Assembly: GCA_052327205.1 (NCBI GenBank)
Contig: CM126208.1
Location: forward strand, 53,382,001-53,446,000
Reading direction: 5' to 3'
Length of the DNA stretch: 64,000 bases
From: Somniosus microcephalus
Lineage: Eukaryota
In this document: one piece after another, positions 35,935 to 49,634 of the stretch
Layout: the number at the start of each line of letters is the position of its first letter
Numbering within the stretch: the stretch's first letter is position 1
Notes under the pieces: generated by a model
The model's input: only the letters and a program-made list of their open reading frames with translations
What the model was told of the DNA's origin: nothing
The model's database searches: none
Made by a program: the position numbers and the translations under genes

Positions 35935-36700
35935 TTTGATCAGAAACTTAACTGGACCAGCCACATAAATACTATGGCTGCAAGAGGAGGTCAGAGGCTA
36001 GGTATTCTGTGGCGAGTGGCTCACCTCCTGACTCCCCAAAGCCTTTCCACCATCTACAAGGCACAAATCAGGAGTGTGATGGGATACTCTCCACTTGCCT
36101 GGATGAGTGCAGCTCCAACAACACTCAAGAACCTCAACACCATCCAGGACAAAGCAAAAAGAATTAAGAAAGATTTGCATTTCTATAGTGCCTTTCACAT
36201 CCACCGGACATCCCAAAGCGCTTTACAGCCAATGAAGTACTTTTTGAAGTCTAGTTACTGTTGTAAAGCAGCCCGCTTGATTGGCAACACATCCACTACC
36301 TTAAACATTCACCCCCACCATCACCGGCGCCCCGTGGCTGCAGTGTGTACCATCTGCAAGATGCACTGCAGCAACTCATCAAGCTTTCGTTGACAGCACC
36401 TCCCAAACCCGCAACCTCTAACACCTAGAAGCACAAGGACAGCAGGCGCATGGGAACACCATCACGTCCAAGTTCCCCTCTAAGTCACACACCATCCTGA
36501 CTTGGAAATGTATTGCAGCTCCTTCATTGTCACTGGGTCAAAATCCTGGAACTCCCTAACAGCTCTGTGGGAGTACCTTCACCACATGGACTGCAGTGGT
36601 TCAAGAAGGCGGCTCACCGCCACCTTCTCAAGGGCAATTAGGGATGGGCAATAAATGCTGGTCTTCCCAGGGACGCCAACATCCCGTGAATGAATACATT
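35935..36700 (+). mobile_element. CR1/L2-group LINE 3' fragment with an inserted SINE tail (about 36160-36265)
   Basis: LSTIYKAQIRSVMGYSPLAW. Confidence 0.75.
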
Positions 36701-36706
36701 TTTTAA

Positions 36707-38041
36707 ACATAGAAACATAGAAGATAGGAGCAGGAGTAGGCCATTCAGCCCCTCAAGCCTGCTCCGCCATTCAATGCGATCATGGCTGATCATCCAAATT
36801 CAGTACCCGGTCCCTGCTTTCTCCCCATACCCCTTGATCCCTTTAGCCTTAAGAAATATATCCAACTGTTTCTTGAATATATTTAATGAATTGGCCTCTA
36901 CTGCCTTCTGTGGTACAGAATTCCACAGGTTCACCACTCTCTGGGTGAAGAAATTCCTCCTCATTTCTGTCCTAAATGGCTTACCCTGTTAGGGCGAGGC
37001 TGGTTCTGGACCCAAGTGCAGACAGACGAGGCGAGAAGCAGATATGCAGTCTTAAATAAAAGTACTTTACTAGAATCACACAGGTAAACAGTTACAAACA
37101 TAGGAGCTCAAGACAAGCTACCACTAGGCAAATGGCTTGTCAAGACTGAGCACAGAGGGAAGAAACCACAGAACTTAAATACAAGCAAAAACAGGTGAAA
37201 CCAATAAACCTGATAAAAGGCAGTTAAGTAATAAACACAGGAGAAACTAGTAACAATTAGCAAAGGGAAAAAAACAAGTGAAGGTGCCATCTAGGGGTTA
37301 CTGAGGGAATTAACCGGCACCCTCACATACCCTTTATCCTTAGACTGTGACCCCTGGTTCTGGACTCCCGACCATCGGGAACATCCTTCCTGCATCTAGT
37401 CTGTCCAGTCCTGTCAGAATTTTATAAGTTTCAATAAGATCCCCTCTCATTCTTCTAAACTCCAGCGAGTATAAGCCCAATCGACCAAATCTCTCCTCAT
37501 ACGTTATTCCTGCCATCCCAGGTATCAGCCTGGTGAATCTTCGCTGAACTCCTTCCATGGCAAGAACATCCTTCCTCAGATAAGTTGACCAAAACTGCAC
37601 ACAATACTCAAGATGTGGTCTCACCAAGGCCCAGTACAACTGCAGCAAGACATCCTTGTTCCTGTACTCAAACCCTCTCGCTACGAAGGCCAACATACCA
37701 TTTGCCTTCTTAAACGCCTGCTGCACCTGCATGCTTACCTTCAGCGACTGGTGCACAAGGACACCCAGGTGTCATTGCACTTCCCCTTCTCCCAATCTAT
37801 TGCCATTCAGATAATAATCTGCCTTCCTGTTTTTGCCACCAAAGTGGATAACCTCACATTTATCCATGTTATATTGCATCTGCCATGCTTCTGCCCAATC
37901 ACCCAACCTGTCCAAATCATCCTGGAATTTCTCGGCATCCTCCTCACAGCACACACGCCCACCTAGTTTTGTGTCATCTGCAAATTTGGAGATATTACAT
38001 CTAGTTCCCTTGTCTAGATCATTAATATATATTGTGAATAG
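36707..38041 (-). mobile_element. CR1 LINE 3' fragment interrupted by a solo LTR
   Basis: KFADD, RPHLEYC and RRMRGDLIE motifs. Confidence 0.9.
36987..37327. mobile_element. Solo LTR (341 bp)
   Basis: TGTT...CACA termini with TSD taccc/taccc. Confidence 0.85.
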
Positions 38042-38760
38042 GACGTTGTGGATATCACGTATAAGCAGTTGGTCACACTGCAGGCAAAGGTTGCACAGGC
38101 AGAAAGGGAAGGGATGACCAACAGACAGAGTAGTAGGCGCAGGCAGGTAGTGCAGGGGTCCCCTGTGGACATCCCCCTCTCAAACAGATATACCACTTTG
38201 AATACTGTTGGGGGGGATGGCTTATCAGAGGAAGGCAGCAGCAACCAACTTCCTGGCACCAGGGGTGGCTCTGCTGCACAGGATGGGAGGAAAAAGAGGG
38301 GTAGAGCTATAGTAATAGTGGATTCTATTGTAAGGGGAATAGATAGGCATTTCTGCAGCTGCAAACGAGACTCCAGGATGGTGTGTTGCCTCCCTGGTGC
38401 AAGGGTCAAGGATGTCTCAGAGCAGCTGCAGAACATTTTGAAGGGGAGGGTGAGCAGCCAGTTGTCGTGGTGCATATAGGTACCAATGATATAGGTAAAA
38501 AACAGGATGAGGTCCTAAAAGCTGAATATAGGGAGTTAGGAGGTAAATTAAAAAATAGGACCTCAAAGGTAGTAATCTCAGGATTGCTACCAGTGCCACA
38601 TGCTAGTCAGAGTAGAAATAGAAGAATATTTCAGATGAATACGTGGCTAGAGGAATGGTGCAAGGGGGAGGGATTCAAATTCCTGGGACATTGGAACCGG
38701 TTCTGGGGGAGGTGGGACCAGTTCAAACTGAATGGTTTGCACCTGGGCAGGGCCGAGACC
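38042..38760 (+). pseudogene. CR1 ORF1 fragment (SGNH esterase-like), frameshifted
   Basis: LSNRY, DSIVRG, CCLPGARV, VVVHIGTND, NGLHL. Confidence 0.85.
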
Positions 38761-39722
38761 GGCCAGTCATTTACTCTGCACCCACACCGATCCCGCTGCC
38801 TTCCCCCCATGTCCCAATCTGAACCTGCTCTTTGAGTAGGCAAGCAAGGAGGAAGCGAGATCCTACTTTAAATATGTAGATCGGGTAACTTGATCGGGTA
38901 GATCGAGCCAGTCCTGAGGAAGGGTTTCGACCTGAAAGTTGACTCTACTTCTCTCTCCACGGATGTTGCCTGGCCTGCTGAGTTTTTCCAGCATTTTCTG
39001 TTGTTATTATTTAGGCTGTTATCAGGACCCGATCTGCAATTTTATCGGAGGCCTGAGCGAGGGAGCAGTCAGGCCACACCTGTCGGGAGCCGGATTGTGG
39101 ACCAGAAGAGGCACAGAAGGTAAATTAAAAATTTTTAATTTAAATTTCTTTCTCGGCCAGTAGGGGCAGGAGTGGGCTACCCCATTCCCAATCTTTTTCA
39201 GAGCTTCCAGGTAGTTAATCTATCCAGGTTTCGGGTGGGACTCTGCAGAGATTTATTCAAATAAGGCCCTACCGTTAAGATCGGCAGCACCTCCACGACC
39301 CGACCCTACTAGGCTCGTCACCCGCTACCAGGCTCCCCCGCATTCTTCACAGTTCCCTGTAAAAATCGAAGCCTAGCAGACTGAGAATAAGGAGGGAAGT
39401 CAGATGGTCAAAAAATGAATAGGATTCTGGAATATGTTGCTAGGCAAGACCTTTGAAGCAGAGAATATAAATGGGTTCAAGCAGTAATTTCTGGAGAAGA
39501 GAGATTGAAAGATATGGTGACAAGGTGGGTAGGTAGGTGTGGTTGAGCTCTGTCAGAAAGGGATGCGCTTTTGCTGCTGTTATGAAGGTGGTTTTATTTT
39601 GGTCTATAGAGAGCTAACTTCTATCTCCCTTCACCACTCAAGTGACTTCAGGCCAGCCCGACTTTACAATCCAGACGCATCTCCTGTTTAAGGACGGCAA
39701 TGTCTAACAGTATCAGAATTAC

Positions 39723-40079
39723 ATTTGTCGATTTCTTCTTGGCGGTGAATCAGCTCGAATAAAGCAGTGATGACTCCTATTTTCTCACAGAAATACTGTC
39801 GTTTTGACGCAATGTAATACCAGTTGCCTTGTCAACCGAGATACTAAAAGATTGTGATCTTGAAACAGCTGCCAGTTTTGCATGGCACTCTGGCAATGAC
39901 ATTTTTTATGAGCATTGATTTTTTCTTCTTCATCTGCTTTGCACCTCCAAAGCTAGTTTGTAATCGGGAAACATTTATGACAAGTCATTTCTAAATACAG
40001 TGTGTCTGACACGAGGAGGTAGGATGATTTCCTTGATAAATTAAATTGGCCAGTTGAAGCAGTGTATTTGCAAGCAACG
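39723..40079 (-). pseudogene. Pseudo-exon with several frameshifts
   Basis: cttcttcag acceptor in phase 1 matches the upstream exon. Reads ALLANTLLQLA/KEIILPPRVRHTVFRNDLS*MFPDYKLALE/ADEEEKINAHKKCHCQSAMQNWQLFQDHNLLVSRLTRQLVLHCVKTTVFL/EKIGVITALFELIHRQEEIDK; gtaatt donor. Confidence 0.6.
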
Positions 40080-40904
40080 CTGAAGAAGTTATCAGTGACA
40101 GTTGAACAAATACATATAACAGCAAAATGTTTTCAAAGAGTTGAGATCTTTGTAAACTGGTTTTGATTAATGTTTGGTGAGGTATATATAATCTCAGAGG
40201 CAGCCACAATTCAAATGATGGCCTGGAGTTTCCTCCACAATTACGTGGCTTAAAAGATGGCAGAAATTTGGGCATAATTGAGTTATGCGCGTAACTACAA
40301 TATGCCCAAGTCTCCTCGATCTTTTACGTCCGTCCATCAAACCTTCTCTCTGAACAATTCTCCGCCCACAGAATTGGCCACGCCCCGACTCTCAAGTATC
40401 CTCCAATTGCGCTTGTTTGGCAACGGGAGGGGGTCTCTTAGTATTGCAACCAGATGTTCATGCACAGCAGGAAACAGTCATTTTATCCGGTCTTTTAATT
40501 GCAATTCTTTGAGCGTTTTTTTCTCTCAAAATTTATCCTCACTGAGACATGCTCTGTATTGTAGGAATCGTCAGATCCCTAACTGAAGCACTGAGGTCGA
40601 GTCAGTCCGATAATAAAACGAAGTTTAATAGAAACTAGAGAACAAATAATTGCATGCAGGAGAAATAATCAACAGGTCTTTTCTGGTGCTGGTTTCAGGA
40701 GGTCTGAGTTGGGAACCTCCCACTCTCTGACATCATGATGTCATCACGTTTCCCGCCGTTCGGGGCGTCACGTGATCAACGTGATGACATCATCGCGCTG
40801 ATTCTGGGGCTTATCCAGAATGGCTATTTACATACAGTAAACAAACATAGGTGCTGTAGCACTCTGTTAAAGGCAGTTATACATTTTATGGTGGCTTTGC
40901 CACA

Positions 40905-43900
40905 TGCGCCCCCCAGAAGTGTCTTTAACCTCAAAAGTCAATCGCAGAGGAGGTCGGACAAGCCTGTCCGAACGACTCCGATATTCCCGGAGAGGAATGG
41001 GCTGGTCAGACGATGAGCTGGTCTGCAGAACAGTCGGGTCAGGCGAGGTGGTTACAGGCGGCTGCCCACGACGCGGTGGCTGCACTGCCTCGACCGGTTG
41101 CTCAAGGTCCAGGTGTGCGTCCTTGAGGCGGTCTACGGAAATGTGGTCAGGCTTGCCCCTGACGTCCACTAAAAAACTCTTGGTGCCCGCCTGCAGTACC
41201 TGGAAAGGGCCTGTATATGGAGGCGTGAGAGGACTACGGTGGGCGTCATGCCGGACGAAAACAAATTTAGCCCGCACTAGCTCCGGCGGAACGTGGGACG
41301 TGGGCAACCCGTGATGCGACGTCAGAATGGGCCGGAAAGATTGCGCTGCGGCCCGGTGAGCCTCCAGTTGTTCGGCCGCCGACCAAGGACGCGTTGGTGA
41401 TGGAAGAAACTCGCCGGGCACCTGGAGAGGCTGGCCATAAACCAGTTCGGCGGCCGATGCCTGCAGGTCCTCTTTAGGCGCTGTGCGTAACCCGAGCATC
41501 ACCCACTGCAGCTTGTCCATTCACGCGGTCCCCTGGAGGGTGGCCCTCACCGACGCCTTCAAGGACCGATGAAAACGTTCGCATAATCCATTGGCCTGCG
41601 GATGGTAAGCCGTGGTCCAATGGAGCTTGGTGCCCAAACCCAAGGCTACGGCATTCCACAAAGCAGACGAGAATTGCGGCCCGCGATCCGACGAAATATC
41701 AGACGGAATGCCGAAACGTGCAACCCAGGATGAAAGAAAAGCCCAGGCGACATCCGTGGAGGTGGTGGACGTCAAAGAAATGGCCCCCGGCTACCTGGTG
41801 GTACGGTCGACTATGGTCAGAAGATGTGTGAAACCTTGTGACGGCGGTAGTGGGCCCACGAGGTCGACATGGACATGATCAAAATGCCTCTCCAGTACCT
41901 CGAATACGGCGACGGGAGCTTTGACGTGGTGCTGCACCTTAGCCCTCTGGCACACGACACAGGTGTTGGCCCAGTCACGGACATCTTTTCGTATTCCCCT
42001 CCAGACGAACTTGGATGCCAGCAATTTTTGTGAAGCCCGCACGCCCGGGTGCGCAAGCCCATGAATGGCATCGAAAACGTTCCTACGCCAGGACAGCGGA
42101 ACGATCGGGCAGGGGTCTCCCAAGGAGACGTGCCAGCCAAGTGGAAAAGCACATCCGCTGGCTGCAGGCAGGACGAGTCAGTGCGGAAAGCCTGCGTTTC
42201 CGGATCAGCCGCTTGGTCAGCAGCCATGAGTGAATAATCGAGTCCCAGCTGGACGGCCTGGACAGTCGCACGCGAGAGGCAATCAGTGACCACGTTGTCC
42301 TTGCCGGCCACATGCCGGATGTCGGTGGGGAACTCGGAAATAAAGGTGAGCTGTCATTGCTGTCGAGCTGACCACGGCTCAGCCGTCTTGGCCATGGCAA
42401 ACGTCAGGGGCTTGTGATCCACAAACGCGGTGAATTGGCGTCCTTCCAATAGAAAATGAAAATGGTGGATTGCCAGAAGCAACGCCAACAGCTCCCTGTC
42501 GAATGTGCTGTAGCTACGCTCGTTATGACGCAATTGGCGACTAAAAAATGCCAGCGGTTGCCACGTCCCATCGACCCATTGCTCCTGCACGGCGCCCACA
42601 GCATAGTCTGAAGCGTCCGTCATGAGCGCGTTGGTGGCGCCAGGCAGCGGGTGCGCCAACATCGTTGCGTTTGCAAGAGCATCCTTCATGTCCACAAAAG
42701 CGCAATCCATCTCCGGCGTCCAAACCACAGGTTCCTTCCCCGGCTTCCCTCTGAGTGCCTCGTAGAGCGGCCGCATCAGCTGCATGGCCCGGGGGACAAA
42801 CCTATGCCAAGGAACTCCTGGAGCGCTTTAACGGATTGCGGGTGCGGGAAAGCAGCAATGGCCGCCACCTTCGACCGAAGCGGCAGTGCCCCTGCCGCAG
42901 TGATGCGGTGGCCCAAAAAGTCTATCTGCCGCAGTCCGAATTGACATTTGTTCGGGTTGATTATAAGGCCATGCTGATGGAGGCGTCGAAAAAGGAGGCG
43001 CAGGTGTTGTAGATGTTCCTCTTGCAAAGCACTGGTGACCAGGATGTCATCGAGATACACAAAGAGAAACTTAAGATCCCGCAGCACTGAATCCATAAGG
43101 CGCTGGAACGCCTGCGCTGCATTTTTGAATCCAAACTGCATTCGGAGGAATTCAAACAGTCCAAAAGGGGTAATGACCGCCGTCTTCTGGACATCCTGGG
43201 GGTGGACGGGCACTTGATGATACCCCCGGACGAGGTCGATTTTGGAAAAAAATGAATTGCCTGCCAAATGAGCGGAGAAATCTTGGATGTACGGTATTGG
43301 GTACTGGTCGGGAGTCATGACCTCATTGAGGCACCGATAATCGCTGCAGGGCCGCCAACCACCGCCGGGCTTAGGGACGATATGAAGTGGTGACAACCAG
43401 GGACTATCCGAGCGGCGAATGATTCCCAGTCGCTCCATGGTGGCGAACTCCGCCTTCGCGGCCTCGAGTTTACTGAGCTCCAGCCGTCGAGCCCGGGCAT
43501 AAGCCGGGGGGCCGGTCGTCGCGATGTGGTGTTCTACACCATGTTTAGCGATCGTCGCCGAGAAGGTGGGTCGAGTGAGATTCAAAAATTCCCCAAGCAG
43601 GCGGGTGAAGTCATCGGGCGCCGGCACGGTGCAGGAACTCGCGTGGGGCGTGCCTGAGCCCCGAAAACAGGGGATGGAGGCAAACATGGTGGCGTGAATC
43701 AGACGGCGATTACGTAAATCAACCAATAGGCCATTAGTACAGAAGAAGTCAGCGCCGAGGATTGCCTGTGCGATTTTGGCGGTTATAAACTCCCAGTGGA
43801 AAAGTTGCCCGCCGAAACACACCTGGATCCGCCGCTTCCTGAACGTACGAATAGCGCTGCCGTTGGCAGCCTGGAGTGGAGAACCGTGCCTCCCTGACCT

Positions 43901-43990
43901 GACGTCGAGGAGCAAAGCGGGAAGGATGCTGCACTGAGCGCCCGTGTCGCACAAAAACCGCCGGCCTGAAATGGAGTCGGTGATATACAA
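40905..43990 (-). pseudogene. pol: Pol with stops and frameshifts
   Basis: LCDTGA, YLDDIL, TDASD, DHKPL, HGLAHPG..CVVCQ, SDRGPQF, GPF. Confidence 0.95.
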
Positions 43991-44707
43991 TCATTTCCCG
44001 GAATCGGCAACTGCCATCGTAGATGCGAAACCGACCTCGGGGTCGTTCTTCCGTTTACGCAATCGGTGCTGCTGCTTCCTCGGGGCAGTTGGTGCGAAAC
44101 TGCATGGGTGTCGGCAGCATCTGGCTTTTGGACCGAAACGGGCGCGGTAGTAGCAGAGGCCGGTCGGTGGAGGTGCCGAGGTGGGATTCTTTGGGGCGGG
44201 ATGCTTCAAGGTGGCACAGTACTGCTGCATCACCGCATAAATGGTGTCGGCTTCGGCCACGAGCGCTACACCATCCGTAGCCTCCGACCTGGCAAGGGCT
44301 GCTTGCACCTGCTCGGGGAGCTGGCTCAGGAACAGTTCCTGAAACAGAAAACACTATGGCTCAGACCCAAGGAGCGTGAGCATCTGGCTCATCAACTCAG
44401 ACGGCTTAGCGTCGCCTAACCAGGGCAGTGTGAGTAAACGGCGTGCGTGCTCCGCTTTCGTGAGGCTGAAAACCTGCATAAGTCGCGCCTTAAGCGTATC
44501 ATACTTGTTATCCACAGGCGGGGTCTCCAGCAGACTGATGATCCGTGAAGCCGTCGAGCTGTCCAGTGCGGAGACCACGTAAAGATAACACGTCTGATCC
44601 AGCACGATGTTCCGAAGCTGGAACTGAGCCTCCGCTTGGACAAACCAGGAGGCCGCCTGTTGTTCCCAAAATTGAGGGAGCTTCAAAGTTGCTGCATTAA
44701 CATCCAT
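43991..44707 (-). pseudogene. gag: CsRn1-type gag
   Basis: LKLPQFW..WFVQAEAQF, LGDAKPSELM and CHCC-type motif CYYRARFGPKARCCRHPC; in-frame stop at 44354. Confidence 0.9.
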
Positions 44708-45814
44708 CGTTTTGTTCTGCGCGTCCTCCGCGAAAATCGTCCGTGAAGTCTCGGGGTCACCAATGTAGGAATCGTCAGATCCCTAACTGAAGCACTGAGG
44801 TCGAGTCAGTCCGATAATAAAACGAAGTTTAATAGAAACTAGAGAACAAACAATTGCATGCAGGAGAAATAATCAACAGGTCTTTTCTGGTGCTGGTTTC
44901 AGGAGGTCTGAGTTGGGAACCTCCCACTCTCTGATGTCATGACGTCATCACGTTTCCCGCCGTTCAGGGCGTCACGTGACCAACGTGATGACGTCATCGC
45001 GCTGATTCTGGGGCTTATCCAGAACGGCTATTTACATACAGTAAACAAACATAGGTGCTGTAGCACTCTGTTAAAGGCAGTTATACATTTATACAGGAGT
45101 CCGTTGGTGGCTTTGTGTCTTTGAATGCATTTTTATGGCAAAGTATAAGTCATATTAAAAATTGAAAAGCTTCTCCGATTGCAGGTTCTTAAACATGGTG
45201 TGCCTGAATGATAGTTGAATGAGTTGAAACTTTAAATTTTAAGACTCAGAAGAAATATACTGTTGTGGGTTCGGCGTTTCCGTGGGCCCCGATCGATTAC
45301 ACTGATTTATGCCCATTTACATCCATTTTTTCAGGCGTATTCTAATGAGATTGGCAGGATACTTGGGTGCAAAATGGGCACAGCTTCGGGTGCAATGCAG
45401 GGTTATGCCCAAGTAGGAAACAGGCTGTTATGCCACTTCAGAATAATAATTTTACATATCTGAAACCTCTTAAAGAAGTGAGAAACAACTACTGGAATTT
45501 CAGGTAGCTGATCCCAAGTTTGTTACAAGTTGCATATTAGAAAGGATGGAACCTGTGAAGGCCATTCTGCACATCAATCTTGTTCCTACCACAGATTATT
45601 GCAATCCACCCAATTGTGCACTATATCCTACCCATTTAATTACTTGACGGTAAGGGCAATGTTCTCTGCACCCCAGAAATTATCAAGCAAAACTCCAGAA
45701 TATTCAGGCATCTTGACATCAACAATATTGAACTCTGACCTGCTGTAATTGCTAATCTGGTAGCAGTAGATGACTGATTCTGTTATGTCGCAATGATATT
45801 GCATTGGAATTAAC

Positions 45815-45944
45815 CTAATAATAGGAACCTGGACCCCAATGAGCCTGATTTGGTGTTACTGCAAAACCTTTTCTTAGAGGATTCAATCAATTGGATGGAG
45901 GCAGTGGCAGTGGAAATTAGATACGCAGTTTCGGAAGGATCATG
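45815..45944 (-). pseudogene. Pseudo-exon HDPSETAYLISTATASIQLIESSKKRFCSNTKSGSLGSRFLLL
   Basis: ctcag acceptor, G|gttaat donor, 130 nt, open frame, phase 0 to 1. Confidence 0.6.
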
Positions 45945-46015
45945 CTGAGTGGGCCAAAGTTGTTTTTTTCCCCTCTCCCCTTCTGTTGTGAAGGTACTGA
46001 TACATTGACGGGTGT

Positions 46016-46095
46016 GGGAGGGAGGGAAGGAGGGAGGAAGGGAGGGAGGGAGGAAGGAAGGGATCGAGGAAGGAAGGGAGCGAGGAAGGGAGGAA
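46016..46095 (+). repeat. (GGAA/GGGA)n purine microsatellite
   Basis: Directly visible. Confidence 0.9.
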
Positions 46096-46107
46096 AACAG
46101 AGACAAG

Positions 46108-48514
46108 GGCCGCGATTTTGCCGGCGCTCAGAGGGCGGGTTCGAAGGTGGATCCGCTGTCACAATCGAACTCATTGACAGTGGGTTGTGAGCCTGCTCCG
46201 AACCTGCCTCCATGTAAGTTTCCAAAGTGTCGGGTCTGCGATTTCAGAACAGACCTGACACCAAGCGGCAGGGGAGGCATTTAAGATAGTTAAATGCTTG
46301 TTAACTACTATTTTGACAGCCTATTTCTATTTTACCACTTTTTTATGAGATTCACGTCATTCTGAGATCATGTCAGGTAAGTAGGTTGGGTTCTCTATGT
46401 CTCCCCATTGCTGTGAATAGGTGACAGCTGCAAAAGTGGTATGAAAGCTACCATTTCACAGCTGGTCACTTTCCAATGTCAGAAGCTTGAGCCTTCAGGA
46501 CTTGGAAGACACTTTGGAGCTGGATGCAGTTTGGAAGTGTTTGGAGTAAATTGTCTATCCACTGTCACCTCCTTGGAGCAAGCTTTCTCACTATTGACAG
46601 ATTGCTTCTGTCAACCCAACTTCAGCTGCCATGTATTCAAGCAACATCGGTGCCCTTGAAAAAATGTCACCTTGGTCCTCTGAATTCCTCCACGATCAGC
46701 CCCAGCACCAATATCACCAGGCACACCAACATCACCAGCAACAATACCAACCTTCTCCACAATCACCTGATGCTGCACAGGACACAGGACATCAGCTCTC
46801 GACAACATTGCTGCCTGGGAGGCCAGCGATGGCATCACCATGGCCAGATTTACTTCACTTGATGCTGTACACCCTGGCTGCCACATTATGCGCCAGGTTA
46901 ACACCAACCCACACCGTCACCATAGAGTATCCCTACAATGTCCAAGCCATTCCTTTCACACTCATCAAAATTGGAGAGGGGGGTGGGGGGAAGCTATGTC
47001 TCAACATTCACTGGAACTCACGAAGACACTTCCAAAGGTGTGCACAGATCTGTCCAATAAGGTCAAGTGTTGAAAATATAGATTTCAATGTTTGACAGCA
47101 CATTAACAGAAACTTCACATGAACATTGGCTAAACCACCCAAGTGTCTACCATTGTGTGCTGCTGGTTGGTATGCTTGCAGTAGGTTGAGGGTGAGTGTG
47201 AGAGGTGGCTAGTGAGATGGGGAAGTGATAATGTAGATAGAGAGGATGGGTGGAGGTGCAAGGTAAGTTGGTGTAAGTAAAGATGTGCAGGAGTAGGGTA
47301 GGGAAGGCAGAGTGTTGGAGATGTGATGAGTGCAGGAACAAGGATGTCTTGCTGCAGTTGTACAGGGCCTTGGTGAGACCACACCTTGAGTATTGTGTGC
47401 AGTTTTGGTCGCCTTATCTGAGGAAGGATGTTCTTGCCATGGAGGGAGTTCAGTGAAGATTCACCAGGCTGATACCTGGGATGGCAGGAATGACGTATGA
47501 GGAGAGATTGGGACGATTGGGCTTGTACTCGCTGGAGTTTAGAAGAATGAGAGGGGATCTCATTGAAACTTATAAAATTCTGACAGGACTGGACAGACTA
47601 GATGCAGGAAGGATGTTCCCGATGGTCGGGGAGTCCAGAACCAGGGGTCACAGTCTAAGGATAAGGGGTAAGCCATTTAGGACAGAAATGAGGAGGGATT
47701 TCTTCACCCAGAGAGTGGTGAACCTGTGGAATTCTCTACCACAGAAGGCAGTAGAGGCCAATTCATTAAATATATTCAAGAAAAAGTTGGATATATTTCT
47801 TAAGGCTAAAGGGATCAAGGGGTATGGGGAGAAAGCAGGGACCGGGTACTGAATTTGGATGATCAGCCATGATCGCATTGAATGGCGGAGCAGGCTCGAG
47901 GGGCCGAATGGCCTACTCCTGCTCCTATCTTCTGTGTTTCTGTGTTTCTGTGAGTGTCACAGCAGGATGAGGTTGAGTATGGCTTGGCAGTAACGTTTCG
48001 TGATTTACGCAGATCATTGAAATGTTTGCGCCACTGCAGCCTGATCCTCCTGACCATATCCCTGCTTGTGCCCTCCTGTGCAATGTGAAACCAGGCTGCA
48101 TTGATTTGGGGAGGTCTCTTCCGCCTATGGGAAGGGAAGAGAACCTCCCTGTGTGCTGTGACTCCCTCCATAAGCATATGGAGGGAGTCATGGGAGAGCC
48201 TGGGTGCAGCCGTGCACCTTTGTGCAGTGCTCGTCAGTGTTTGCAGCACCTCAATGTTGTAGAATATTGACAGCAGAACTGTCAAGATCAATTTGGACAT
48301 GGCCCCCTTAAGGAAACCGGCTGATGATGCCTCATCAAATGATGTCATCAGACCCGCTTCCTATTTATTGGCCGGGAAACTCGCAGGCTGGGCTTAACAA
48401 GGCCAATCAACCAAAAATCACCTGGAGAGTGCGGTCTGAAGTAGGCTGCAGGCTGGGACCGCGACACCGCCCCGGCCGCCCCGGACCCGCCTCGATCGGC
48501 GAAATCGCCGGGCT
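46108..48514 (-). mobile_element. Non-autonomous Harbinger derivative, copy 2, interrupted by a CR1
   Basis: TIR GGCCGCGATTTTGCC; AAG TSD; colinear with the reverse complement of 9933-11700. Confidence 0.85.
47333..47950 (+). mobile_element. CR1 3' fragment
   Basis: ORF 47481-47852; nearly identical to the CR1 at 36707-37670. Confidence 0.9.
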
Positions 48515-49634
48515 AAGAAGTTTACAAAAGGTGGAAAGAATGATAAGGTCATAAGCAAACACAGAAATACAGTAAGTGAGTGTGTGTATGTGTGTAAGAG
48601 AGACAGAAACATAAAAAATTAGAGTGGGAGACAAGCAGAGACCCACAAAGAGACACAATTTTTAGTCTCTGAGCAATGTCATGGGAGAACAACTAGCATA
48701 AATATTAATTAAAAGAAGTGAAAATCTATATTTCAGAAGCATATGATGTAGGTGTAAGCAGGCTGTTTTACTTGGACTGTGAGCACTGAAGTAGAGGTTA
48801 AAGGTTCAACCTTAACAACTCTCAAGTGAGATGAGAGATTAGAAGGATTTTATTGTTGCTGCAGACTACCTTAAGATAGTACAGAACAAGAAAAGGTCAT
48901 TTGGCCCACTGAGCAGTAAAGGCCGCTGATGGTGCGCTGATAAACACCGTAAAAAAGAGCTGGATAAATATCATGTTAGGAATAGGATTGAAGGTTAAAG
49001 GGACAAATATAGACTCGGATGGAATACAATTGTTCCTGTGCTGTGTGGCCTTGTTTGCATGCTGCCAGTGAGCTGCTGGCACCAGACTGGCACTCTGAGG
49101 TAGCTTGCGGTTAGAGAGGGCAGAAAATCAGCCGTTCCCATGGGTGCCAGTCAACAGTCTGAGCCTGGGTGGGAGAGGTGATCCCAGAGAAAGCCTTGCA
49201 CGTGCTGGAGTTTTTTTGGGGGCCCAGGAGGAGCTCTCCTGCTGCCCATCTCTGAGACTGAATGACAAGAGCTGGCAAGCTATTTAATCATGGAGGGCAT
49301 CACAACCAATTCCTGATGCCCAAAAGTGTAGAGGACCATACAATTTCCCCACCTCCCCTTTGGTACGATCACAATGCCAGTTCCAATATGGGCCAGGAGC
49401 TGCCACTGTTTCGTAATGAGGGCTGACCTCAAGAACTGCTGCAAGGTTGACTTAGTGGGTTATCAGTGAGCAATAAGCTGGCATTACTCTTGTCCTGTGG
49501 CATGAAAATTTACCCTTGTTGCTCTTGACAGAACAGCTGCTTTGAACTTTCCTCCCTTTTCTTCCTCAGCTCTAATTAAAACATTCTACTTATTCTTCTT
49601 CCTGCATCATTCTCACCATGTTGACTCATACGAA

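Larger units (their letters stand above)
40560..45115 (-). mobile_element. Full-length decayed CsRn1-clade-like Gypsy LTR retrotransposon
   Basis: LTRs at 40560-40904 and 44764-45115; tRNA-Trp PBS TGGTGACCCCGA; PPT CTGGGGGGC; gag, PR, RT, RH and IN in order. Confidence 0.95.

Noticed and set aside
5505-40079. Selenoprotein or recoding explanation for the many in-frame TGA codons
   Set aside because: TAG/TAA stops, frameshifts and exonic TE insertions also occur; CGA-to-TGA decay is simpler.
43988-43996. Programmed readthrough at the CsRn1-type gag-pol TGA
   Set aside because: The context TGA-TTG is not a known signal and the element has many CpG-type stops; this cannot be excluded without a consensus.
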